In this document: positions 36,001 through 48,423 of the stretch, in pieces | Layout: the number at the start of each line of letters is the position of its first letter | Position numbering within the stretch: position 1 is the stretch's first letter | NCBI RefSeq assembly: GCF_964355755.1 | Contig: NC_092678.1 | Span: 23,949,365-24,013,364 of the forward strand | Length of the DNA: 64,000 nt | Source: Antedon mediterranea | Taxonomy: Eukaryota; Animalia; Echinodermata | Reading direction: 5' to 3' | Notes under the pieces: generated by a model | Databases searched by the model: none | The model's input: only the letters and a program-made list of their open reading frames with translations | Told to the model about the DNA's origin: nothing | Program-made: the position numbers and the translations under genes

Positions 36001-39000
36001 TGACATCATCATGTCCATATTTCGGCACATCACATTTATTCACATAAAGTTTGATAGTGGAGATAAGGCTTAATAATATTAATAATTAATATCACTACCA
36101 TATTTGGGAATATCACTACCCTATTTGGGAACATCACACTATTTTGTCAAACTAGTTTGATAGTGTAGACAGAGCTTAATAATATTAATATATTTAAATT
36201 AATGACAGGTCACCTTGGGACTGAACTGCATACAAGTGAACCAGACGTGTACATAAGTGAGGATGGAGGGTACAGCTGGAACAAAGCACTAGATGGGCCA
36301 CATCACTATGCGATTACCAACTATGGAGCGCTGATTGTTGCAGTACCACAGAAATCAAGCACTAACGTTATCAAGTAAATACAATTGTTATTATTTAAAG
36401 TTAGGTTTTTATGAGACATGCTTACCTTTTTTGGTGTTTTCTATGTCCATGGCTGACGACACATCAATGCGGAGGTCATAGTTCGTCACTAATTGAAAGC
36501 TCTCTGATACCAACATTACATCAACATACTAGACCACACATAGGAAACCTAGTAAAAAACACAAAGACTAAATCTATTATACTAAGTTTATATCCACTCA
36601 AAAATTAAAAAGGCCAACTTTCAACCTCAAGTACAAAAGTACACCAGATGAGAAAATGTTAAAATAAATCACTTAAACCTAACCACTTTCAAACAGATAT
36701 TCTGTGGATGCTGGACAGTGTTGGAATGAGTATGTATTCACATCAGAGCCTATTGCTGTCACTGGCCTTCTACCAGAGCCTAACATTAAGTCACTGAATG
36801 TCAGCATATGGGGCTATGATATGGAGACAAGGATATGGAATGCTTTCAGTATTAATTTTAAAGCAGTCTTGGAGAGTACTTGTAAGTTGTATACAAAGAT
36901 ATATTTTAATATATATGATTGATATTATTATTATTATATTGAATATATATGATTGATATACATATTGATCACTATGGTTAATATTTATATGACGCATAAT
37001 AATAAGGAAACACAAAAACATAACTCCATTGTAATTATGTATCTACAACTGACTGTGTACAATACAAACTTGAACCTGTGTGTGTTCTAACCAGTGATTT
37101 TTGATAAAATGAAAAAAGAAGATCATATATTACACTCTCTCTTACCTAAACCTCCCACACACAACCATCAGCTCCGACGCGTTAGATCGTTCACCCTCCC
37201 CAAAGTCCGGACACAACGCACAAAAAACTTCATTACTTTCCACGGAGTTTTCAATGATTGGTGAATGATCAGTAGCTGAGTTATGATAAGCAAATTGTGA
37301 ACCTCTATTGGTTTGTGTTACTGGATGTACTATGATGGCCATTGAAAGACTGATTTGTGGACTATGTTATATTTTAGTATTACTTGTTTGGACTGTGCTA
37401 TACTATGTGTTTACATATTTACTATTATATTTATGTCAACTTCATCACTGCTTACTTGATGCAATAAAGGAAATAAATAAATAAATAAAAACCACAGACA
37501 ATATTGATGGACGTGAAATTAACTGAATTTTGTCTTTTTATAATGCTACGCTTTTTGTTGTTTTTAGTCCGTTTATGTACATCTTTCTAAAGCTCTGTCT
37601 ACACTATCAAACTTTATGTGAAAAAAAATCACTACCGTATTTGGGCATATCAGTACCATATTTGGGCATATCACTACCATATTTGGGCATATCACTACCA
37701 TATTTGGGCATATCAGTACCATATTTGGGCATATCACTACCATATTTGGGCATATCACTACCATATTTGGGCATATCACTACCATATTATTATAGCTAGT
37801 TACTAATATTTTAAAACTTTACAGGTAACAGTGATGATTTTGAAACTTGGAAACCACATGAGAAAAACAGCAAAAAGGGATGTTTACTTGGGTACCTTGA
37901 AACATTTAGACGAATCAAACGCGGAGCGCGATGTTCCGTTGATATAAATTACGATCATCAAGTTTACCAAACACAAGATCAATGTGAATGCACTCAAGAT
38001 GACTATGAATGGTACAGTCCATTATACATTTTAAAATGTCTACACGTGGATGGTACAGTCCATCAGTAGACACCAATGCAAATAGATCAACATAGGATTG
38101 GTCTTCCCAGCACAAACAAAAAATACACAAATATTTATAAGTAATGCGATACTGAAAGTGAATCAGCTATGCTTTGAACATAGTCATTTTTGTATGTGCT
38201 TGATTCAAGTTCACTCTAACATCTTGTACTATACTGAGAAGAGCCAATAAGACTGAGCTTTAAGCGCAGGTGTCAATTATGTACTTTGTTATTCTAACTA
38301 GACATCTAATATTCTGAATGCAATTGCTTACGCTATCTTAATCATATTAAGCCATCGCATTTGCTACAAAAATACACAACTGAAGGATTTACATCTTTTT
38401 TTGTTTTGTTTGTATTACAGTGCTTTTGGGTTTAAACGAGAAGATGGACAAGGCCAGTGCAAACTTGACCCTCAATTTAAAAACAAAGTTATAGATATTT
38501 GTGTGAAGCATGAGGAAGAGAAAGAAGTGTCAACAGGGTATGGTAGTTGTTATTGAATATTAAGTAAGCTTAGCAACTCCTCTGAGGGAGTGTAAGTTGA
38601 TAGATTGGTTTTGGAAGGGGAGGTTAATTGTATTTTTAGAATTTTAATCGTGTTATAACAATTTTAGTCAGAGGAGATTGGTGGGATATTTTCAGAAGAT
38701 AGGGAACCAGTGTTAATTTGATAATAGTGTAATAATAAATCAAATTATCTTTAATATTTTGTTTTTCTTCTTGCAGGTATAGATTGATACCTGGCGATAA
38801 ATGTAATGGAGGTTTCAGACCAAAGACTAACTTATTAGACTTGCATGAGAATTGTGATGGAACACGACTTGCAACAGAAAATGTTAGTATCTGTAGTTTG
38901 ATTCGATCCCTTTCAATAAAATTATTTTAAAAAATTCTAATTTTTTGTAGAATGTACAATTTTTTTTAATGAAATATTGTTATTTTTTATTTAAATAGTC

Positions 39001-39990
39001 TAAACATGGCGGCTTGAAAGTGTTTATTATTCTGTTGTTTGTCGTCATGGCAGCCATTGGTATTGGTTATGTGTATGTTAAAAGATATTCCATTGATCTT
39101 CCATGTTTTAAGACAAGGTTAGTAGCATAAAGTTATTCTATAAATATATTCTAATGCAACCTACGCAACGTAAGAAAATGCTCTTCCAATTATTGTGTTT
39201 GCGTGAAATCAAACCTGCGATGTTTTGCAGCACTTTTGCGTCGTCGGTTCCCACTTGTGATTACGCAATACACTTTGCATCAATGCGTCGCTAGTGGGAA
39301 CCACGCTTTATGGTCACAATTTGTAGTGCATTAATAAAATAAATATATTTTTATTTTTGAATAGTGATTAGTATCTATATATTTTTGCTAATGTGTTACT
39401 ATTATGCCCCTTTGTAACTGCCTATCAGAACACTAGTGTGTTGTTTGGTGTGTGTTCTCTGTGTGATTTATATCTCTATGGTTACAGAAACATTATGTAT
39501 CGATACTCCGAACTGTCACAAAAGGACGAGTTAGACAACGCATTGGACAAGGCTCTCAATCTGGATGAGGAATCACATGTCTACCATGATGAATCTGATG
39601 ATGTGAGTATTCTTATCAACATTTGCAGGCTTACATAAAGCTCATTGTAAAATATATTTAATGTTATAAAGAACATTGTAATATTGTGTCTAAATGCTGC
39701 TTGCAATATATCTATTATAAATACATTTTATAATGTTATTGTGGAGAGACAAATAAGCACTGTTTGGTGGCATCTCGACACGTATGAAGGAACCTCTATG
39801 GGAGGTGACTGGTGTTGATATATATGTAACATCTAGCAAACTATGCTACAAGACAACTGTCACTGTATAAAACACATTACACATGAATCCATTATCTTTT
39901 ATAATACATCTAAGTATTAATTTTAGAGAAGAATAAAATCTAACAATTTATATCTCTATTTGTATATTATTTTAGGATATGTTATCGTAA
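30008..39990 (+). CDS. SORT1: Sortilin (VPS10-domain sorting receptor), ~21 exons
   Basis: Signal peptide, furin site RSRR and Asp-boxes (SNDFGRTF, STDFGKNW, STDDGDSW, TFNRGAEW, SEDGGYSW). FYSVLDSTEGMIFVHVD and TDFYRVKSIRGVYL are collinear with sortilin, followed by the 10CC cysteines, a TM exon (~38999-39117) and a tail with YSEL and YHDESDDDMLS* (cf. sortilin YSVL, YHDDSDEDLLE). Confidence 0.94.
31220..31357. mobile_element. PIF/Harbinger (Tourist-like) MITE; further copies at 33392-33551, 35911-36070, 36090-36176 (partial), 37591-37785 and 49128-49241
   Basis: TIR agctctgtctacactatcaaact / agtttgatagtgtagacagagct; TAA TSD at 31217-31219 and 31358-31360; internal catatcactaccatatttggg unit. 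Confidence 0.92.
32763..33388. mobile_element. Non-autonomous TTAA-target DNA transposon (Kolobok-like)
   Basis: TTAA|agaccccttccct ... agggaatggggct|TTAA; AG...CT termini; CpG-rich interior within an otherwise CpG-poor intron. Confidence 0.7.
34334..34650 (-). mobile_element. Apparently full-length tRNA-derived SINE with Deu/Nin-like central domain and (CAATT)n tail
   Basis: Minus strand: A-box gtggccgagcggttaag, B-box ggggttcgaggc, then ctcggataaggactataaaccgtaggtcc...ttaaagaacc...gagtagggggttaccccggtgt resembling the Deu-domain core as recalled; ends in caattcaattcaatc. Confidence 0.8.
37079..37490 (+). mobile_element. 5'-truncated LINE (L2/CR1-group) 3' end
   Basis: Reads HILHSLLPKPPTHNHQLRRVRSFTLPKVRTQRTKNF, typical of the ORF2 C-terminus of L2/Crack/Daphne-type LINEs; then a UTR, aataaa and a (taaa)n tail. 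Confidence 0.75.
37628..37787. repeat. 21-bp tandem repeat (atatcactaccatatttgggc, ~7.5 copies) amplified inside a MITE
   Basis: Direct 21-bp periodicity following the left TIR at 37591. Confidence 0.95.
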
Positions 39991-42900
39991 CAAGAGAGAA
40001 GTTAATGCCATGAAGATGATTGCCAATCAGTTTGTTTTGTTTTATATATTTTGTATTTAAGTCTCACAAACCCAATATAGTACTCTACGTAAGTTTTTTC
40101 AAGAAGCACATTGATTTTTATTTCAAACTAGTCTTTTTTTAGTACTTTTTGTAAAAATATTTGTTTAATCAGATATCAAATAAAACAAAACTTTTATAAT
40201 ATTACCTAGGACATTATTTCTGTTCCCAAAAATGTTTATTTTCAGAAACATAATTTGAGCACTTTTAAATTTGTTTACATTTTGAACACAGTTTTTGGCT
40301 GTTATATTAAAATATAATTTAATATTTTATCGATAAATAGTTGTAGATTAATTTATAACTAAGTTATTAGAGACTGATTTGTAAAAATATTAAATTTAAT
40401 CAGTCCCTTTTTTCTTGTTTGATAACACTGACCTTACTAATAACACATTTCTTTACAAATTATATTTATGTAATCGGAAAAATAAATAATATTGCACCCA
40501 ATTGCCTTGCGTGTATAATCAAAACATTTAAAATGAATTAGTACAGTGATTAAGCTTATGTGCAATTAAACCGTTTAAATTTAGTAAAGTGATTAGGGAG
40601 CTTTTTCAACGACCTATGACCTGATATGGATGAACTATTCACATATGTTTGGTTTCGAATTTTTGTTCCAAGTCGTCTGACCCACTTTGGTCGATTAGTG
40701 GTCCAGGTGACAATCTTTGATTCTGTTATCAGACATGCATGGTTGAACCTTTTATGGGAGTATGGTCCTACAGTAAATAGAAAGCTCCCTATATAAAATT
40801 TCAAAGGCAATATTTATTGTAACATTTTCATTTTTTGAATTAATTACCTATTTCATGTATAGTGTTTTATAACAAGTTACTAATTTATAGTTGTGGATAT
40901 TTATTTAACTTAATAATTAGGATGATGAAGTATAGATATAGAGTTATTATATTATTATAGGTTAGTATTTGTTTACTCCACATGATCACCAATGACGCCA
41001 AATTTTCAAATAGGTAAAAGAATTAGGTGGATGGCGTTAAATATCACATTATTTGTACCACTTTTGTTTTCTTATTGTTATAATTTTAAGTTATTAGTAT
41101 GATTTACCTTAGACACATTATTTAAGTTTTGTTTACTGTTTCATTTGATTATAATAGGAAATACTATTCTTTTCTATACTTATGCAACTCTGAACAAAAT
41201 ATTAATGTTTTTTCCAAACTATTATTTCACAAACACTGCCCTCTAGATATAAAATGTTGTATTTGGAGGAATTAAATATTTGTGTATTTTCACCATGATT
41301 GTGTCATACCTTAATACTGTAAAAACAAAACTGTGTAATCTTTTTTGTAATTCTTGAAATATCACGTTGTCTTCCATTTTAAAGTAAACATTTCTTTTTA
41401 GTTTCTATGTTAGTTATCTGTTATTTTTTATTGATTTAAATATTTAGATCAAGTTAACTAAAAACGTTTTTGTTGTCATTATTTAAAAATAAGATATCAT
41501 TTTAAGTTTGGAGACTATTTTTCTTTTTTATATAAATATAAGAATATTCATAGCAAAAGCAGAAAGAAAATATGATTTTTATTATTATTATTATTATGTG
41601 TATAGAAGAAAATGAATTGACAAATGTATATAGTTAAGAGTATTTATACAATGTGAGGCATTATTCAATTTAATGATTGCATATTATAGCCATGCCAAGT
41701 GTGCGAGGATACGAAAACAAATCTTTTATTTGGAAAATATTGATTATAACTTTTTATTTATTACCTCAGTTTATTATTGTTTTTAGATGTTTAAATATTT
41801 TGTTTAGAATTATAGATATTTTAAATATTACACTACACAGAATATTAAGTATATTATTCTTAAATGTAATTAAATGTTTTCATTTATTTTTGACTTGTCT
41901 AAAAAATGCTAATTTGCAAATACAAATACATTAAACTAAAATATTTAAGTTTAATAATATTTGTTTTAGATAATATCTGACGCAAAAGTCGTTATAAAAT
42001 GTACTACACAAATATTGGATGGAGTTGATATTTATATTTAAACACAATTTTTGCAGTCAAAGAATATTAAACTATGTTATCACTTTTACTTATAATACTT
42101 GTACCATTCCACGAGTCATAACTTGATATGCACTATTACTTTATTGTTTTAGTAATTATTTAATGTAAAATCTGCAATTAAATTTCGCTTTAAACCATTT
42201 GTTATGTTGTATTGTGTACCTTACTTATTTAAGTAAATACCGCCTTGAAGACGCAGAAGTTAAACGCGCGTATAAAACATGATGAGTATGCGCGTACATT
42301 CTTAAAAAGTCGGGCGCGTCGTGGCGCGGCTCCCTATGGCGTCAACCAACGTCGTTACGACGCGAAAAGAAAATGCGTTGCGTGATATCCGAATCAGTGA
42401 ATACCAAATACATTAAAAGAAAGACTTCATCTTGTTATTTATAATTTCGTTGCCCTGATAATTGAATGCCGTTTTTAGTAAACCATGTCACACTCGCTTT
42501 AATTTTTATCAATATCGTAGATAAAATAGCAAAATTTTTTCTCTTTAAATCATTGTGCGCTTTTACAGTTTCCGAAATCTTACGCATGTTTACGTTAAAA
42601 GATACCAAAAGGACACTTAGACATCAACAAGTCCCCGTTACATAATGCTAATAATCTACTTCAAGAGGCCTAGCCAATCTGGACGATGCGTTGACGTTTT
42701 TGTTGCCAATCTAAAATAGATGTTACGTAAAGGCCAACACCGCTATTAATTTATCGTATAGTCCATTTACCGAAGAAGGATATTTTGCAAACATTAACAG
42801 CAAACAATGGACAATATACTGAATTGGTTTAGTATAAATTAGGACACATTTATTGAAAGCAATTACGTATAAAATGCAACAATTTAGAACGCATAGAGTA

Positions 42901-45076
42901 ATTGTGTGTCTAAATAGATATAGCTAAATATAAATGAAACCATAAAGAACTATGATGAGCATTGTACAGACAATGACAGTAGTATTATAACTGCAAACCA
43001 CATTGAATTCGCAATGAAGGTCGTTTTAAGTCGATATTCAGCAAATAACACACGGTATAAACTATGAATTTTGTATACTCTATAACAATTTCATAATGTT
43101 ACATTTTTCAAAGACACCAGAACACAAAATCGTGTCAGTTTCATCAGTATATGAAAGCGCGCGATAATCAAGCGCGTACAGTAAGTATACTGAAAAAAAT
43201 AATGTTGTATTTCAAATAACCAATTCAGCGTGTGGAAATGTTACAGATGTGTTTGGGATATAATCTATACCTATACCGACTCTTTCGTATTTATAAACAC
43301 ATACATATAGCAATCAACATAATTACGGTAAATAAAATTAGTATCTATATCGTGATTTTGATCGCGATGGTCATGATACGTTCATCTGTTGTTAACATTT
43401 CCATTCCAGAATAAAATCAAATTATGTAATGAAATTTTGAAACGGTTTAATGATTTGTAGTCGACAAATGCTCATTAAACGGCATATAAGGTTACACTGA
43501 TATCCAAAAGGTACAACTGTAGTATGAAATGAATTAAAAGACAGTCATAATTAACTAAAATTTACCGGTTGTTAAGAAGACGTTGTGGCACAGACGTTGT
43601 GGACTAAGTAAGCCAAGTTATGCTATATTCTCTCAAATACTAAAATATAATAGATATAAACATTATAAATCCACAGACAAATTACTAAAAATGACAATGT
43701 TGTTGGTATCAATGGCTGAATCAAACTGGGGTAATAATAATAAGTAAAACAGCCAAAAATAAATGGCAAGCTTTCGAAAACACCATTTATTCGTCAAGGT
43801 TTAGCGTTAAAATAATTCATGTGCAGGCATCTTCAGAGCCATCCTTTACCCGCCTGAAGATAATACATAAAATATAAGTCATGTTTGTATTACCGTATCA
43901 TTGTTAAAATAGTTTGTAATAGATCTTAAAAATAATGAATTGTTTTTTTTTTGTTACTCAATTCACCGGTTTGTCTTGTTTGTGTGTTTCATTGCAACAA
44001 ATTACATTAATTAGTTAATATTAGTCTGGTTTTTTTTTCTATAAAGTACAAATCGTTTTTGATGATCAAAGTAATTTTTATTATTCGTAAAAAATAGTTG
44101 CAACGAAAATATTTCAAATAGAATGTTTCGTAGAAGTGTTTGTTGACATACGAGTAATAGAAACATTTAGTGATTCTATTTCGAGAAAATATTTTGTTGG
44201 ATTGTATTGGTAATAATTATGTTTCAAAATAACAGAATAAACTAGAGATATTCCCTGATTAACTGATGACATCATAATGTCCTTTCACACTGTTGAAATA
44301 ATAATAATAATAATGTATTGTTTTTACAACAGACATTGTTCTACCTTTTGCTTTGTTGATTTATCGCCATTATTATTACTTAGTATAAACACACTGTACA
44401 ATTATGAAGATATAGAAAACATCTATTTGTTGTTCTAATGTTCTCTTTAATATTTGATAGAAGCATACATATTTACCTTAGGCTTACAACAGATAATTTG
44501 CTTTTAGCAATAATATTTATTCACGTCGATTTACAACTAATCTTTAGTCTTGTTTAGCTTATTGAAAAAAGACTAAATTTCCGAGTTTAATCCCGGTTGT
44601 ATTTTATTATATTTTTAGTCTAGTTTTTTTTTCTCTACTGCTGGTCGGTTGATTTGTTCTTTACTTTTAAAATACAAAGTACGGTAAGCTTTACAATATT
44701 CAGCGAAACAATTCAAGTACAACGTATATATTAACGAATATTAAGCTTCCCTATTTTTATCATAGTTTTTTTTTTTATAACAAACGCATACAAAACGCTT
44801 GTCTTTGTTAAAACGTTTTCTTTCTTTTATAACAAACACAATATTTCAAACTACATTAAGTAATTTAATAATAGCGCTATATACAGTATTATATATATAA
44901 TAATAATTTATATTTATAAATCTAAACAGATATATTAAACTATGTTTTTGATGGTCACATGATTAGTGCGTAACGGATGGCCAAATACGCACTTATTGGG
45001 CGCGTATAAGTATAATGTACTTAATATATATATTAAACTCTTTTTATAAGGTATCACATGTTTGATGTGTATCATT

Positions 45077-46228
45077 TTATGCATCTTCTGAAAGATGACA
45101 AACCGTTGCTGAAGAATCGTCGCATATCGCTGAATCGTGAAGTTTTCTTACGTGTTTCTTTAGGTCAAAATTTCTACAAAATCCCTTATTACATATATTA
45201 CAAGTAAACGGCTTCTTTTCGTTGTGGGTATGCATGTGAAACGTAAGATTGTAAGCCTGGTGGAACGCCTTTTTACAGACACCGCATTTGAATTGTTTTT
45301 CACCGCTGTGTGTCAGTTTGTGATTCTTATAGTTGCCTTTCTGATGAAAACCTTTGCCACAAAACTCACAAACGAACGGTTTGTAGTTAGCGTGGATACG
45401 CATATGGGTATTTAACGTTGAACTTCTGTTAAACGCTTTAGAACAAATACGACATTTATGAGGTTTTTCGTTCGTGTGTATAATCTTGTGTCGGCACAGG
45501 GTACTCGCCTGTCGAAATCCCTTTCCGCATATTTTACAGATGAACGGCCTAGCTCCCGTATGCACTGGCATATGCCTGGTTAAGTTATAATGGGCGTTGA
45601 ACACTTTTCCACATTCTAGGCAAGGAAAATGTTTCGATTTCTTGTCTTGTTTTTTCTCTTTTTCCTTTTTATCTTCCAGAATTCTTTTTTTACTTGATGA
45701 TTCTTTTTCCTGGTATGCATTCGCTAAATCTGAGAGACTTGATGATGATTGAGGTGAAGTTGAGAAATAGGATGTCTGTGTCTCTGGGAGAGGAAAAGAA
45801 TTTAAACGTTGCATGCTTGCGAATCTGAAATCATTGTATGATTTTGCCATCTTCATTTTTAACGAAATGTCCGTGTTTTGAAGATTTCTCGGTTGTTGTT
45901 TGATTCCTAGATGTACAGCGAGTGGTTTCACAACTTGACGAGTGTTCGTGTCAACTAGCACAGGTACTGGATAGGAGACAAACCCCATTGAACTGGACTG
46001 GTGTTGAGAAAACCCGCCTGTTCCGGGAGGTGAATATGCGCCACGATACGAGACGACACCATTCGAGCAGCCTAACGTTCTTGGTCCAGAATGACCAGTA
46101 CTTGCTAGCGGGTTCCTTGTCAGTAAATTTGATAAAGAATTGGTATTTTTATTGTCGCTATCTTTCTTCGTTTCCCCGTTAATGATACGATCAATCGAGA
46201 AGGAGAGTTTGGTTTTTACAGCAGCCAT
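45077..46228 (-). CDS. FEZF: Fez family zinc finger protein (Fezf/earmuff), 383 aa, single coding exon
   Basis: N-terminal eh1 motif LSFSIDRII; six C2H2 fingers with Fez-diagnostic [64 protein letters not shown] and [16 protein letters not shown]. Confidence 0.98.
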   Translation of the reverse strand: MAAVKTKLSFSIDRIINGETKKDSDNKNTNSLSNLLTRNPLASTGHSGPRTLGCSNGVVSYRGAYSPPGTGGFSQHQSSSMGFVSYPVPVLVDTNTRQVVKPLAVHLGIKQQPRNLQNTDISLKMKMAKSYNDFRFASMQRLNSFPLPETQTSYFSTSPQSSSSLSDLANAYQEKESSSKKRILEDKKEKEKKQDKKSKHFPCLECGKVFNAHYNLTRHMPVHTGARPFICKICGKGFRQASTLCRHKIIHTNEKPHKCRICSKAFNRSSTLNTHMRIHANYKPFVCEFCGKGFHQKGNYKNHKLTHSGEKQFKCGVCKKAFHQAYNLTFHMHTHNEKKPFTCNICNKGFCRNFDLKKHVRKLHDSAICDDSSATVCHLSEDA

Positions 46229-46315
46229 GTTTAATGATGTTCAAATACTTGGTACTATGTATTCTTTATGATAGCAAGACGCATTATCCGAAGCTACCGC
46301 TAACAACAACAGTAA

Positions 46316-47060
46316 CCTAAATACAAACAATAAAAAAAACAATTTATACAATACATATATCTACTGAATCACTGAATAAATAGACATTTTTGAATTGATT
46401 TTTTTTTACAAAATAATAACGTATTTTTAAAACTAGAAGAAAATATAGAAAATCGCCCAAAAAACAAAAGCAAACGAACATCACAAACACATTATTTCGT
46501 TTAATATTTTTAATAAATAATTTAATATTTAGTTGATTAATTTTCTGCTAATTTTAAATCTTAGTGAAACAAATATTTTATTTACCAACACTTTTAACTC
46601 TACAAATATGTATATTTTCTATTGTAATAATGCTTATTCGTTTGAGTTACCGCTATATAATAACAATTACATTCTAAAATTCGGTAGTATTTTTCTATGA
46701 ATAGGCAAACGTACGCAGAAAATAAGTTAATAAAATATATAAAACTAAAAGAAGTACCCACCTTTGATGTTTGATGATATGATGATAAAAAATTGACGAC
46801 CAAACTAAAATATTGATGACTCCAAATTGAAGATAAGGACGTTTACAATGACACACTCAGATTCAGTTCTAAGACACAGTTGCAGTCAGTTTTCATTTGT
46901 GTTACCAATAAGCAAAAATATCATTCTCCGGTAGCCAATCATATCGCAGGAAAATGATGACGGTTGCTACGCGTTGTACGACGCACATATCAGAGTGAGG
47001 AGAGAGAGAGTGGCTGTAGTGATGCGAGATATAGATATAGCTCATGCATTCTGAACATAA
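46316..47060 (-). promoter_or_regulatory. Fezf 5'UTR intron (~46316-46585), non-coding first exon and proximal promoter
   Basis: Minus-strand acceptor gtatttag near 46316 and donor ttg|gtaaat near 46585; CCAAT motifs at 46905 and 46934; GA tract at ~46995-47010. Confidence 0.5.
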
Positions 47061-48004
47061 TGAGACTTGATGATCATTTAGTCAAAGTGTTAGGTTAAAT
47101 TGTTCAATACAAAGTTTCTACCAATCCGTGCTATCTGACAAAAGCTTAAACCTACATTAAATTGACTGACATTTCATTGAGTTAGAAAACTCAATTGAAA
47201 ACAATAGATGAGCATAGTTGGATTTGGAAGAAAGACTGCGGGGAGCAGAGTCTTAACAAACCGTCAACAATTAGTACAATTTAAGGCCTTTCAGTTCTAC
47301 CATTTGGGAGGAGCATTGAAAACAATTTGTTTACATGCTATTGAAGACAGCCTATGAGCCTCATTAAACGGTGTCAACGGAGAAAGAGTCCTAATGAGTC
47401 TAGTTTCACAAATTATGAGAAGTTTTGTCCGAGTTTAAAACCCGTGAAATGGCATAAAGAAGTTTAGATGAACTTTACAACAGGCTAGTGAAGCAATTGA
47501 ACGTGTATACAAGGCGATTGTATGCATTTTATTACCAAAGGTGTCACAACTAAAATTGCCACTAATAGCTTATAATTATCTAGTTTAATGTAAGTAAAGA
47601 TTTTTTAAAAGGGACACGATTTTACCAAGAAAAAACTTGTGATTATAAACTAACGGGTTTATAATCATCAAGAACTTAATTGAATGTATAAACAAGCCAG
47701 TGTTCAAGTGAATATAATAATTTAAATAAAATAAAAATAATAATTTTGAAAGTAGATTTAAAAAATAAATTACAATGTTAATATAAAAGGAAAATGTATA
47801 GGCCTAATTTTATTTCTTTACTCAAACTTTAAAAATCACAACATTACAGAGCGAACGACATGCATTCACAAACATAATTTTTAAACCAATGTATAAGAGA
47901 TTTTTTTTGTATAACAGGCACAAAAGATGGACAATTTTTAATAACCGCAATGTTCACAATAAAATAAATAGGATGGTAACGGTTATTTTAATATTCCAAA
48001 GGCA

Positions 48005-48423
48005 TAGGCCTAGTGATAACTCAGGAACTAAATTACAAGTACAGACTAAATTGATATTTTTAAGGTATAGGCCTATTGCTAAATCTCGAACTAAATTAAC
48101 AAGTACAGACTAAATTAAAATTCTTAAGTCAAGCCTAGTACTAAATCTCGAAATAAATTAAGAAGTAAAGACTAAATTAATATTCTTAAGGTAAGCCTAG
48201 TACTAAATCTCAAACTAAATTAAGTACAGACTAAATTAATATTGTTAGGTTAAGTCTAGTACTAAATCTCGAACTAAATTAAGTACAGACTAAATTAATA
48301 TTCTTAAGTTAAGCCTAGTACTAAATCTCGAACTAAATTAAGTCCAGACTATATTAATATTTTTAAGGTAAGCCTAGTACTAAATCTCCAACTAAATTAA
48401 GTACAGACTAAATTAATATTCTC
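48005..48423. repeat. ~56-60-bp tandem repeat, ~7 copies, upstream of Fezf
   Basis: gcctagtactaaatctcgaactaaattaagtacagactaaattaatattc is repeated. Confidence 0.93.

Noticed and set aside
37530-37806. Repetitive ORFs (LPYLGIS / YHYHIWA)
   Set aside because: Translations of the 21-bp MITE-internal repeat.
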